Shown piece after piece: positions 1-11,588 of a stretch of 64,000 bases of DNA (position 1 is its first letter; each line of letters opens with the position of its first letter). The position numbers and the translations under genes are program-made. Location of the stretch: contig NC_043010.1 of the NCBI RefSeq assembly GCF_006345805.1, positions 64,852,001-64,916,000 of the forward strand, written 5' to 3'. The stretch is from Octopus sinensis (lineage: Eukaryota). The notes under the pieces are model-generated. The model ran no database searches. It had not been told where the DNA came from and saw only the letters and a list, made by a program, of their open reading frames with translations.

Positions 1-860
1 TTTAGCTCAATCTTAAATCGGTTTTTGCATTATGATAAGCCAGTGGCAATCTACATTTTGACATTAAAAAATCGAAGCTTGGTTGAGTAGAAAAACTGTT
101 GTAATAAAACAGTAGGGCCAAATATGGGAGAGTGACGCCTGATATTTTATTTGACTGGCAACTTCTCGGTTATTTGTAAAGCAAACTTCACTTCAGTTAT
201 ATCTTTTGGAAAGAATTCGATGAAAGAATTTTGCTGACACCTCTTTAAAAGATATTTGATAGAAAAATGTCATGCAGCTTTTAAGTAGCCACAAACTTGG
301 TAAGTGATGCCTAAAATCAAAATATGTCAGGTGTTTCAAAAGTAAACTATATTTAAATATATTTTTAAGAGAACTCAATGAGTAGAATCTTTTTTGGGGA
401 AAATCTCTTTAAAAAATATTTGGAAAAAAGTGATAGTTTAGAAAAAGTGATAATTTGTTGTTTCCAACCTTTACTCACTCGCGGCCAATCCAATTTCTTT
501 GCCCCTAATTCAGATAAGCTCAATATTAATTCGGTTTCTGCACTATGATGGACTAGTAGTAAGCTACATTTTGACATAAAATAATCGAATTCTGGTTCAG
601 AGGAGAGAAAGTTATAATAAAAAATGTAGGCCCAAAAATGGGAGAGTAATGCCTGATATTTACTTAGATTCGTAATTTCTCAATCATTTGAAAAGCAAAA
701 CTGTACTTCAATTGTACTTTTTTTAAAAAATCGATGAGTAAAATCTTTGGGTGAATATCTCGTTGAAAGATGTTTGATAGAAAAAAGTTACGCTACTTTA
801 AGCAGTCAAAAGTTGGTGCAAAAACTGCAAGGCTGCAGTAGTGTCCCTATTAAGAAGCAG
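1..860. repeat. Diverged tandem duplication, period about 513 bp
   Basis: agctcaat at 4 and 517 starts two colinear, recognisably similar AT-rich blocks (tacattttgaca, atgggagagt, gcctgatattt, tttgatagaaaaa) for about 300 bp. Confidence 0.7.
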
Positions 861-1731
861 CCGTAAGAAAAATAATCTAAATGTTTGACTATAGTAAACT
901 TAAGCCTATTTAAATAATTAAATATGTTCTTGGTTTTATTTTCGGCAAAATTATTTTACTTTACTTTCATGCAGTTAAATATATTAAAAGAAAATAAAGA
1001 TCATCTTTATAAAATTGTCTTAATAATAAATAAAGAATCATGAATCGAATTTTAAATTTAGCTGTAGCATTTTAAGCTTTTTCTTTTATTTTTGACCTAC
1101 TACTTGACTGAAAGATGGTCGATCAGTATTGAATAGCTTGTCTTCTTTGAATATTTTATTTAATTTGCAACCCATTCAAATTTTATCTCAGCTGCAATTT
1201 TTTAATTGGAAGCAGTAATTGAAGTAGATGGTGAATATGCTCCCCAATAATCATTTAAAGATGTTTTTGTTACATGTTATTTCCCTGTTTATTTCTTGCT
1301 CGCATTTTTCATTCTAGTATATATACATATGTGAGTGTGTGTATACATATCCATATATATTATATTATGTTATATATACAAAGGCATATGTATTTACATT
1401 TTCACTAAATTGTAACTATACTTACTGGTGCACCGCTGTAACGGGGTTTATAAATATGTATACCAAACTCTAGTATTTTCTTGTATGTTTTTCCTTTTTT
1501 TAAATCATGTACATATTGTAGCGATATTATGTTATGGCAACGCTAGGACAGGGGACATAAACACAGAGAAAACGCATTTTTGTGAGCCGGTGAAAACGCT
1601 GATAGTCTTACAAACAGGTTCACAGATAAATACACACGCTCACACACATACACACACACAGAAACAATTTATTCATATATGTATGTATACCTATCTCTCT
1701 CGCCTTCTCTCTTTCTCCTTCTATCTGTCTA

Positions 1732-1749
1732 TCTAACTATCTATCTATT

Positions 1750-1826
<77 letters not shown>
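1732..1826. repeat. (TATC)n microsatellite (another at 7311-7411)
   Basis: Direct reading. Confidence 0.97.
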
Positions 1827-1831
<5 letters not shown>

Positions 1832-2095
1832 ATTATCTATCTATCTGTGTCTGTGTGCGTGAGTGTATATAAACACGCACACACGCATATACATTTGTAT
1901 GTGTAACGTAATAGCTTAGAAAAAAAGCCCCATTGGTTTAATATCTAGCGTGGACTAGACATTTCTTCAGTTTTTATAAACGATAACTATTCACTGCAAA
2001 GAATGTTTTTTAAACACAAGAACGCCGGTGATAGTTGAAGAAATATTCCTCTTAAAAAATTATGGTCGGGCGAGTTGTCTTCCTTCGCTTGGTAG

Positions 2096-2290
2096 CTAGG
2101 TTTTCCAATTTTGAAGTAAAAATGTCCGAAAACGTGGACAACTCCCCACGGCTTCCGCGCTGGTGTTCAGGTAGCCTCCTGGCTCATGTGAGTTCATGAG
2201 AATAATATATATATCTGCCATACACAATTTACACAGTCTTGTTCCATTGCAATAGAGTTCACAAGGTTCCAGTAATTTCCACCTGATGTT
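2096..2290 (-). mobile_element. Penelope-like element (Neptune-type) GIY-YIG endonuclease C-terminal remnant
   Basis: FNIRWKLLEPCELYCNGTRLCKLCM...YLN...CPRFRTFLL matches the pattern YNIQWKILARCKPYTNGSGRCGLC at 17056-17343. Confidence 0.7.
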
Positions 2291-2319
2291 AAAGGGCGTA
2301 TACACACACATATATATAT

Positions 2320-2390
<71 letters not shown>

Positions 2391-3847
2391 CATATATGTG
2401 TATATATATGCGCATAAGCGCAAATACATACACACACAGGTACACAAGAAGGATTTCAGTATATGTTGTGTCTACTAATTTCCTTCGAAAGCAGTTATCG
2501 ATTTGAAAGTATAGACTGAAATAGTTGCTTCAAATCAGATGTCTGTTACAACATGTATGTACGTATATGTGCGTTTGTATGTATGTGTTTGTGTGTGTGC
2601 GTTTATGTGTGTGTATATATATATATATACGTTCATATTTTAATTTATATAAATATGTATATATGTATATGCGTATACATCTGTGCATGTATATATAAGA
2701 AGAGGGGGAGAAGGGAAGAGAGAGAAAGAGAGAGAGAGAAAAAAAAGAGAGAGAGCTGGGCTTCGTAGAGAAAACATGAAACATCAAAACTACATTATCA
2801 AATAATTAGGATATGCATTAATTACCACTAAATCATGTAATCAACATATATGGAGACAGTAATTAAAAAGAAAGAAAGAAAAAAGAAAAATAATAACATA
2901 CCCGTAGAAATCTGTTTGGCTGAAAGTATCAATAGGATTCCACTGCAGAAAACGATTACATTCACCGCAGACATTTCTCACAACTTCTATGTCCAAAAGA
3001 GTAACCAAATCTGATAAGTCTCTGATTAACTATAAACATTTTCAATAATCATATCCGGAATAGAGAAAAACAATGCAATAGCTATTTTTTTTGTCTCCCT
3101 CTAAGAGGAAGAACGGAAATACCTACTTATTAAGGGCCCTCTATACCATTTCAATGTATCTATACACGGATGTACAAGTTTATTTCTAAGTGGATCTATA
3201 CAGATTCCGTGACATATGTCAGCAACGTATAATTATGTGTGCGTGCATGTAAATGTGCGTATGTTCAAATATGTATGTGTTGCGTGCGTGCGCGCGCGTG
3301 TGTGTATGGGTGTGTGTGTTTACCCAAACCTATAGCTGTAATTCGATTGCGTGTGTAACTCTTTAGAAAATTATAATTTTCCCCAAGTTAAGTGACGAAG
3401 TAGCCACAAGTAGATGTTGGAACCTCTCTTTGCCTTTTCGTCATTAACCGCGTGGAATAACAAGAATTTCGTGACAATATAAGTAGATTTAGAAGAGTTT
3501 CTATATACATATATAGATAAGCATATACATGCAAGAATACATACATATAAATATATACATATATATAGAAACAGTGATGCTCTAGAAGCTGACACAAAAC
3601 CCCAAAACTGAACAATAAAATAGCATTCACCTGCAACAAGAAACCTCTGCAATCGAAAACACATAGCCATTAAATTTCTCTTTTGCAAGTTCATTAAAAA
3701 TAATGGCAAAACAAAAATAAATGAAAATGGCTCAGCCGATCATCCGCCCAAAGAAACTATCATACAAATAAAACATATCGCTAATGAACTCCATCAACAA
3801 CAAAAACTTTGAGAAAAGATGGCTCTCGACAAATTTTGAAAGGAAAC

Positions 3848-4255
3848 CCAGGAGTGGCCGTGTGGTAAGTAGCTTGCTAACCAACCGCATGGTTCTGGGT
3901 TCAGTCCCACTGCGTGGCATCTTGGGCAAGTGTCTTCTGCTATAGCCCCGGGCCAACCAATGCCTTGTGAGTGGATTTGGTAGACGGAAACTGAAAGAAG
4001 CCTGTCGTATATATGTGTGTATATATATATGTATGTGTGGTGTGTTTTGTGTGTCTGTGTTTGTCCCCCTACATTGCTTGACAACCGATACTGGTGTGTT
4101 TATGTCCCCGTCACTTAGCGGTTCGGCAAAAGAGACCGATAGAATAAGTACTGGCATACAAAATAAGTCCCGGGGTCGAGTTGCTCGATTAAAGGCGGTG
4201 CTCCAGCATGGCCGCAGTCAAAATGACTGAAACAAGAAAAAAAAAAAAAAAAAGA
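3848..4255 (+). mobile_element. tRNA-derived SINE family A (internal TA/TG microsatellite, A-rich tail)
   Basis: Head ggagtggccgtgtggtaag...ggttcagtccc (A/B box-like), cttgggcaagtgtctt core; further copies at 5588-6020 and 49590-49972. Confidence 0.85.
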
Positions 4256-4860
4256 AACGGCTAAGAGCAAATTGCAATGAAGAAGAATTTTAAACGATTG
4301 ACGTACAGATGCAAACAGAAATTTCAAAAGCTTCCAAGGCTGGGAAAACAATATTAAACTTTGGAGAGAAATATGTGGAAAGGAGGAATTAACATCGCTT
4401 CAACGTTAGGAGAGAAGTGCTCTTTCGTTCTCCAATTATGAATCTCATTTCGCAAACGACTTCTCTACCGAGAATTTATTGTGATTCAGCCAAAACAGCC
4501 CTACTGATAAAATAACCTTGCTTAAATTCCTCATTCCTCTCACTCCCTCATAATTTCATTTCTTTTTTCTTTTAGTACTTATTTCTCTCTACATTTATAT
4601 TCTATTCTCCTATTGTGCTTTCAACATATTCTTATTCAATCTTCCATGCGTTAACCTGCACCTCCTTGCGACAATGTAAACTTTCATTTAATCAAGATAT
4701 CCTTGGTCTGTAGAAAAGCCAGCGGTATACACCTCGCTAGGATATTTACCACTTCTGAGGTTCCTGCCGCTATGGTCCATGTGCAGCCCGCACCGTATCT
4801 GCTCTATACTATAACTCTTGTACATACACACACAAACACACACACACACACACTCTCACA

Positions 4861-4946
<86 letters not shown>

Positions 4947-5290
4947 GCCGTTGGCACGTAAAAGCACCATCCGCTCGTGTCCGTTGCCAGCCTCGCCTGG
5001 CCCCCGTGCCGGTAGCACGTAAAAGCACCATCCGTTTGTGTCCGTTGCCAGCCTCGCCTGGCCCCCGTGCCGGTGGCACGTAAAAAGCACCCACTACACT
5101 CACGGAGTGGTTGGCATTAGGAAGGGCATCCAACCGTAGAAACACTGCCAAATCTGACTGGGCCTGATGAAGCCTTCCGGCTTCACAGACCCCAGTTAAA
5201 CCGTCCAACCCATGCTAGCATGGAAACGGACGCTAAATGATGATGATGATGATGATGATATAAATGATGATATATGATGATGATGATATG
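4947..5290 (+). mobile_element. SINE/RTE-type 3' end with internal 61-bp tandem repeat and (GAT)n tail
   Basis: ggcacgtaaaagcacc units at 4953, 5014 and 5075; gttggcattaggaagggcatcc motif; ends catgctagcatggaaacggacgctaaa(tga)n. Confidence 0.7.
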
Positions 5291-5587
5291 GGTATAGGTC
5301 AGTGGCTAAGGTTGGTGTGAAGCTGTGGTATTTCCAGAGAAGCACACGGCCTGACTGCTGGGCTATCAACACTGTCAGGATTCAGGCTAAAGCCGGCATA
5401 CTTCAGGTGTAGTTTCACTGTGATTACACCATCATATGGGTTTGGCGAAGTGTAAATAACCTAATGAAAAGAAAAACAAAAAAACTTCTGTAACGCATCT
5501 TTAATTATAAGTGACTAATGTTTTCCGTACTGTCTCCATTTGCAAAAGAAGTTTACGCGAAAATTCTAAAGGAAAAATTACGTAATA

Positions 5588-6020
5588 GCGCAGGAGTGCT
5601 GTGTGGTAAGTAGCTTGCTCACCAACCCCATAGTTCCGGGTTCAGTCCCACATATGGCATCTGGGTAAGTGTCTTCTACTATAGCCTCGAGCCGACCAAA
5701 TGTTTGTGAGTGGATTTGTGAGTAGACGGAATTGAAAGAAGCCCGTCGTGTATATATATATGTATGTGTGTGTGTGTGTTTGTGTGTGTATGCGTGTTTG
5801 TGTGTATGTGTCTATGTTTGTCACCACCACCCCATCTCTTGACAACCAATGCCGTCGTGTCTACGTCCCCATAACATAGCGTTTTCGGCAAAAGAGAGCG
5901 GTAGAATAAGTGTTAAGCTTACAAAGAATAAGCCCTGGAGTCGATTTGTTCGACTAAGGGCGGTGCTACAGCATGGCCGCATCAAATGAGTGGAAAAAAT
6001 AAAAGAATAAAAAAAGAGAA
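5588..6020 (+). mobile_element. SINE family A copy
   Basis: Colinear with 3848-4255. Confidence 0.85.
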
Positions 6021-7330
6021 TAATATTTGCGCTTAGACGTTGGAGAATCACTCATCAGTCTTTCACGAAAGGTGTGCTGTTTGTTGTCAGATCTTGTTGT
6101 TAGGAAATTTCGGGAGGAGATAAAAAAAAGTAGCGTTGATGCGGATGAGTAGTGTGGGGTAGATATTATGTGACGGGTTGGGGAATCAAGAGCGGGGATA
6201 CGTATAATGATAGAAGAGAGAAAGGAAGAATGCTGGAGGAAAACGATCAGAAGACGAAATTGAAGTAGAAGAGGGAGAAGAGTAATAATAAAATAATAAT
6301 AATAAAAATAATAATAATAATAATAAATAATAGTAATAATAATAATAATAAATAATAAGAAGAAGAAAGCTCTTATCGGCTTATTCTTCACACCATGTTT
6401 TTGGTTTCACCATTGACCTTCCATGTCAATTCGTTCCACCATTCTAAATTCAGTTCCCAAAATTCTAGAATTTATAATTTTTTTCAATAATTTTTTCTAT
6501 AAATTATAATATCTACCAACTTTTCTTCTTTCTCTTAGTCTACTTGATGCCTGCCTTCCTATCATTCTTTTCCAGGTTTCAGCCTCACGAACTAAATATA
6601 TTTATGTATTGTAGATTTTGTAATTTATAGTTTTTTTCACATTTCACCTGATCCTACATGAGTATTATAGTATTCTTTAATTCTTATTCATTTCAACCCC
6701 ACATGTATTTTCCTCTCTAGATGTTTTTATTTAAATCTCTACTTCTGCTTTGAATTATGTAACGTAATTTATATATTTTTATATAACACACGCCCCTTCA
6801 CGACTTAACTTAAACCGCTCACGTAGGTTTAGATACTTAATGCAGATATAACGTGAGCTTATAACAATATTTATAACTCCATGTTTTTCATTTTTCATTT
6901 TTCACCAGATCTTTGATAATAATTTAAATAATTTTTATTTCAGTTCTTATTACATCCACATATATTTCTCCGATTCGTTGTTTTCATTTCCGATAGGTGC
7001 CCTATATATGAAACCACTATTCAAATTTATTAGGACACATGTGCACCTCAAATCATATAGATCTCAAATATGAAGCCCTACAAATCTGCTGCGGATATAG
7101 TTTATTTTACTTCCGCCGCTTCGTGACTCTTATCTTAACTTATGTATTATATATCTGTTTAAACTGACACAGTGTACATTTACCCGTTTCATGCCCTACA
7201 ATAGTCTGCCCATGAGACGTTATTTATTATTCATTTATATGACTCTGTAAAATAGGTGAGTAATCCGTTACATATTGAAGGTGGTATATCTGGGTGTGTG
7301 TATGGGTATGTATATCTATCTATCTATCTA

Positions 7331-7413
<83 letters not shown>

Positions 7414-7871
7414 GTGTATGGCGGTGTGAGTCATATGTATGTGTGTACATATATGCATGTGTACATAAATGTATATGGATACACAGATATCTATGTATGT
7501 GTGTGCATGTATGAATATGTATATGCATACTTGTGTCTGCATGAGTGTATAAATATATATAATATATACTATGAATGCATATGTGTATGTATATCATGTA
7601 AACAAAAATTGAATTCTCTTTATAATAGTGATGTTTTAAGCATACTTCACTATATATGGGCTGTATTAAGAAGTGCTCATTGCGAGTTAAAGCGAAGATA
7701 AGAGAAATGATAGAAGGAGCGTATCTAAGGAATCAACACAAATTCCAAAGCATCATTTAAAGCACACAACGAAATAAACATACATATAAATTTACATAAC
7801 TAAATCAATAAAATTACTTGTAAAAATTATGAGAAAACTATGCATCATGTATGTCATGTATATACACACAC

Positions 7872-7923
<52 letters not shown>

Positions 7924-8375
7924 TATATATATATATATTATATACCAAATATATATATTGTTGTGTTTAGGAATGGTCATTTTGCCAGTTTAGCCAATAA
8001 AAACACAAACACATATATATTTGTGTTACTTTCCTTCAGTGTTATTTATTTTTTGCATTAACCTAATCCTATTTCGGCCAGAGTTCTGTCGTCACACCCC
8101 TGTGACCGCATCATACAACAATATATCTTTCAACACACGACTTCACATAAAAAACTCTTGCACAACAAATACACACACACACACAAACACACTCACATAC
8201 ACACACACACACTCACACACACACATACACATATATATATATATATATTAATAAAAGGGATTCCAACCTTGTCTGATTTTCACGTTTTATTTACAATCTT
8301 ATAATGACATTGTATAATATAATATAATATAATAAAATAAAATAAAATGATAGAATGTTAACTGTTCATTCTGAT

Positions 8376-8420
8376 TGAACTAGTACTTTCATGCATTAAA
8401 TTCTGCAATCTTCAGGTTCA
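8376..8420 (-). ncRNA. Minimal type-I hammerhead ribozyme motif at the Penelope 3' end
   Basis: UGAAC-CUGAAGA-UUGCA(GAAUUUAA)UGCAU-GAAA-GUAC-UA/GUUCA: 5-bp stem I, stem II, palindromic AGUACU stem III, CUA cleavage triplet; U-U at pair 10.1-11.1. Confidence 0.7.
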
Positions 8421-9545
8421 TGTAGGAGTGGTGACAGTCATGCTTCACAATTTTTGACTGCAGCGAGATGATTAAATCTGTGCCTTAAATACAGCTGTTT
8501 ATCAATGAAATTCTTTTCTCTGATCTTCCTCTCGATTTCACTTGGGCTGTGTAATTTGTAGAATGGAAATATTATATATATTTTCCGACCACATGTTGCT
8601 AGGTGGTTACTCAAAGGTATCTGACGGACCTCTGGGTCTCTAATCTGTTGTCGGTGTACACGTGAGCATCTGATAGTGCATTTCCCGTCTGACCTATATA
8701 TATTTCTTCACAATTTGGGCATTTGATGCAGTAAATTAAATTTCTGCTTTTGCAGTTCATATTCGCGTTTGTGAATATTTTCCCGGTTTTTGTGTTTATA
8801 TATTGGCCGGTATGTATGAATTGGCATGTGCCACATCGGCTATCATTGCATTTAGATACAGTGAATGTTTGGTCTTTGTTGCTAAGGTCAAATTTTGCCT
8901 TTGTTAGTAATTTTTTCAAGTTTTTAGGCTGTCTTTTACTAAGAACCATAGCTCGATCCGTGATTATGTCTTTTAATTCATTACTTTGAGCAATGATTGG
9001 TAGGTTTGCTTTGCAATGTTGAGGATATTCTGGTGACATGGGTTGTGTGTCACTATGAATGGTATGACTTGTTCTTGTTTTCCTCTTCCTTGGTGTCCTA
9101 AGTTGTTGTATGGGTATTTTATAGCCCGCTGTATGCCATTTTCTATAAGTAGAGATGGGTATTTTTGTTTGAGTAAAAGTCTCTTAGTTCTGTTAGGCGT
9201 TTGTTCCTGATATTTGCATCTTCTATAATGTACAATTCCTCTGGCTAGGCAGCATGGGATGTTGCGTTTGTATGTGGTGGATGGCACGACTTAAAAATTC
9301 AGGTATTTATGTGTGTCTGTGTTTTATAGTATATATCTGTGGTGATGGCGGTGTCTTTTTTAATTACCATTATATCTAGGAATGGTAATTTGGTACTACT
9401 CATCTCCTTTGTAGATTGGAGAGATGGGTGTAGGTTGTTCAGGAGGATATTGACCTCTTCCAGAATATTTAGAGAGTCTGTCCAGACTATGAAGCAGTCG
9501 TCAAGGAAATCATTTATATTGTAGCTGTGCTGCTTATTTTTCACT
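8376..9545 (-). mobile_element. Penelope-like element 3' part: RT C-terminus plus GIY-YIG endonuclease, frameshifted
   Basis: FLDDCFIVW, LPFLDIMV, TDIYYK; NCKSRNLIYCIKCPNCEEIYIGQTG. Confidence 0.9.
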
Positions 9546-9684
9546 CCTGTCGAAGCTTTAGTGTTGTTGTTGCTGCTGCAGCTGCGGTTGTTATTGTTGC
9601 TGCGGCGTTGTTGTTGTTGCTTTTTCGTAGCAGTCGGGGCAAGGTGGTGATGGTAGAGGTGTCAGAATTGTTTGGCAGTGGCGT

Positions 9685-10240
9685 CAGAACGTTCACGTGT
9701 GCATCGACAGCAAATGAGAGACCCGATGTCCGTCAGATACCTTGAGTAACCATCAAGCAACATGTGGTCGGAAAATCTTAATAATATTTCCATTCCACAA
9801 TTTACACAGTGCAAATGAAATCGAGAGAAAAACCAGAGAAAAGAACTTTATTGATAAATTCCAACCCAAGCTAAATATTTTTACTGCTAGGACCACTACC
9901 ACTAACAACAACAACAGTACTAAAGGTTCTCATGATGACGATAGCAGGAAAAAATACTAGCTAAGTCAAGAGAAAAGTCAGTAAAAATAATCTTATTTAG
10001 GGTTTAAAGTTCTATTACAACAGCTACTCCTACCACCATCACCACCGTCAAAATTTACAACATTTCTAAAAATAACGAAACAATTACTATTTTGGCCAAG
10101 GTAAAAATACAAGTCTTTGACATGTTCAACAAACTGTGAAGCGTAAATCAAGCACCAATCAACTCAGGTAATTTAGTGAAGCCACACACTGATTGGTCAC
10201 TTAACATTTCTGGAAGCCCATACTCACTTCAAGCACACAC
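9685..10240 (+). mobile_element. Inverted Penelope 3' segment (endonuclease end plus UTR)
   Basis: Reverse-complement homologue of about 8480-8690 (gtccgtcagatacc, gcaacatgtggtcggaaaat, gtgaaatcgagag), diverged. Confidence 0.8.
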
Positions 10241-10246
10241 ACACTT

Positions 10247-10303
<57 letters not shown>

Positions 10304-10375
10304 GAAATAGTAAAAGTGAAAAAACTACACCGGGTTAGGTGTGTGTATGTATGTCTTTGGTGATTTTTTAATGGT

Positions 10376-11554
10376 TTCATTTATAATTCGACTTTATGAA
10401 TTTTTGCAGACCATAGAAAAGGCTAGGTTTGCATTTAAAGTTTGTTAGAAAGTCAATCTCTTTGGTTGTTAGTTCCTTTTCATGGGTTTTAATTAGTGAA
10501 GATAGAGTTTTCATTATTTTTTGTGGGGTGTAGTTGGTAATTTTTTCATAATGTAGGTCGTCATCAAGCAAGAAATTACAAGATTTCTGTAGTATATGTA
10601 TCCATTATTACAACTGCATTTCCCTTGTCTACTTCCTTAATGGTTATATCCTCATCATTTTGACGTTCTATCAGTTCTTTCCATTGTGTAGTGTTAAAAT
10701 TTGAGTTAACTATCTGTTTATGTATAGTATGGTAGGGAAAGTTCTCAATGTGGTTACAGAATTCGTCAAGATCTTTATTTCTTCCTCTGTGTGGGATGTG
10801 TTCACTTTTGTTCTTGACTAGTGATTCATCTTCAGTATTGAAACTGGTTGATGCTTCTGCTAGTCTTAATTTTCTGCAAAATTCTGTTATATTATCCTTG
10901 ATTTCATTTAGGTTGGCTCTGCGTGGAGTTGGTGTAAATTTGAGCCCCTTTGAGAGGATGTCAATTTTTATGTTAGAAAGAGGTTTGGTTGAAAGATTGA
11001 TTATCTTCGGTTTTTCCTTATTACTAGGTTCCAGCCTGTGTCCTGGTGTCTCTGGTCCCTGGCTAAAAAATGTTGGGTGTAATTTTGTTTGTATGAGTTG
11101 TCTGTGAGGTTGTGATATTGGGTCGGGGGAATGGTGGTATTGTTGCCCCCGATCGTTGTGTGTGTGTGGGAATCTATGGTTGTTTTTGTTTGTGGTGTGT
11201 GTAAAATTTCTGTATGTGAAATATTTTTGTTTCGAACTGCTTGTATGTGGGATGTTGCTGGACATAGTGTTTTTTTGCGTTTGTCTTGTGTTCAGTGGGG
11301 ACCAGTAATTTTGGTTCATGGGGTAGTAGCGACTTGTGTGTGGTGTATTTCTTATTCTAGTGTCGTTTTGTGCTGTATGGTGGTTGGGTCTGGTATTAGG
11401 ATGTTGTTGGTGTGTTCTGTTTTTGGTGTAATTTATTTCATAGACGCGTCGTCTGTCAGCTAGTTCCCTGTTAGGTCTTGCGTGGTTTGCAAAGGTTGGT
11501 TGTGGGTGATTTCTGTTTTTAGTGTGTGGAGGATAGTTGGGGGTTGTTCGTGGG

Positions 11555-11555
<1 letters not shown>
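10376..11555 (-). mobile_element. Penelope-like element RT N-terminal region
   Basis: IINLS...ILSKGLKFTPTP, ITIKEVDKGNAVVIMD, KPSLFYGLQK: PLE RT hallmarks. Confidence 0.9.

Positions 11556-11565
<10 letters not shown>

Positions 11566-11588
<23 letters not shown>

Noticed and set aside
2122-2187. Apparent plus-strand first coding exon ATG...MSENVDNSPRLPRWCSGSLLAH followed by GTGAGT in CpG-richer DNA
   Set aside because: It is the antisense of a Penelope endonuclease C-terminus (2096-2290, minus strand), which explains the composition; no downstream exons were found.
4700-4810. Minus-strand YGAGCTWTI looking like a CUB/EGF/fucolectin exon
   Set aside because: It fits an RTE-type RT motif (LYG.ETWT...RC) better, has no usable splice phases and is flanked by repeats.
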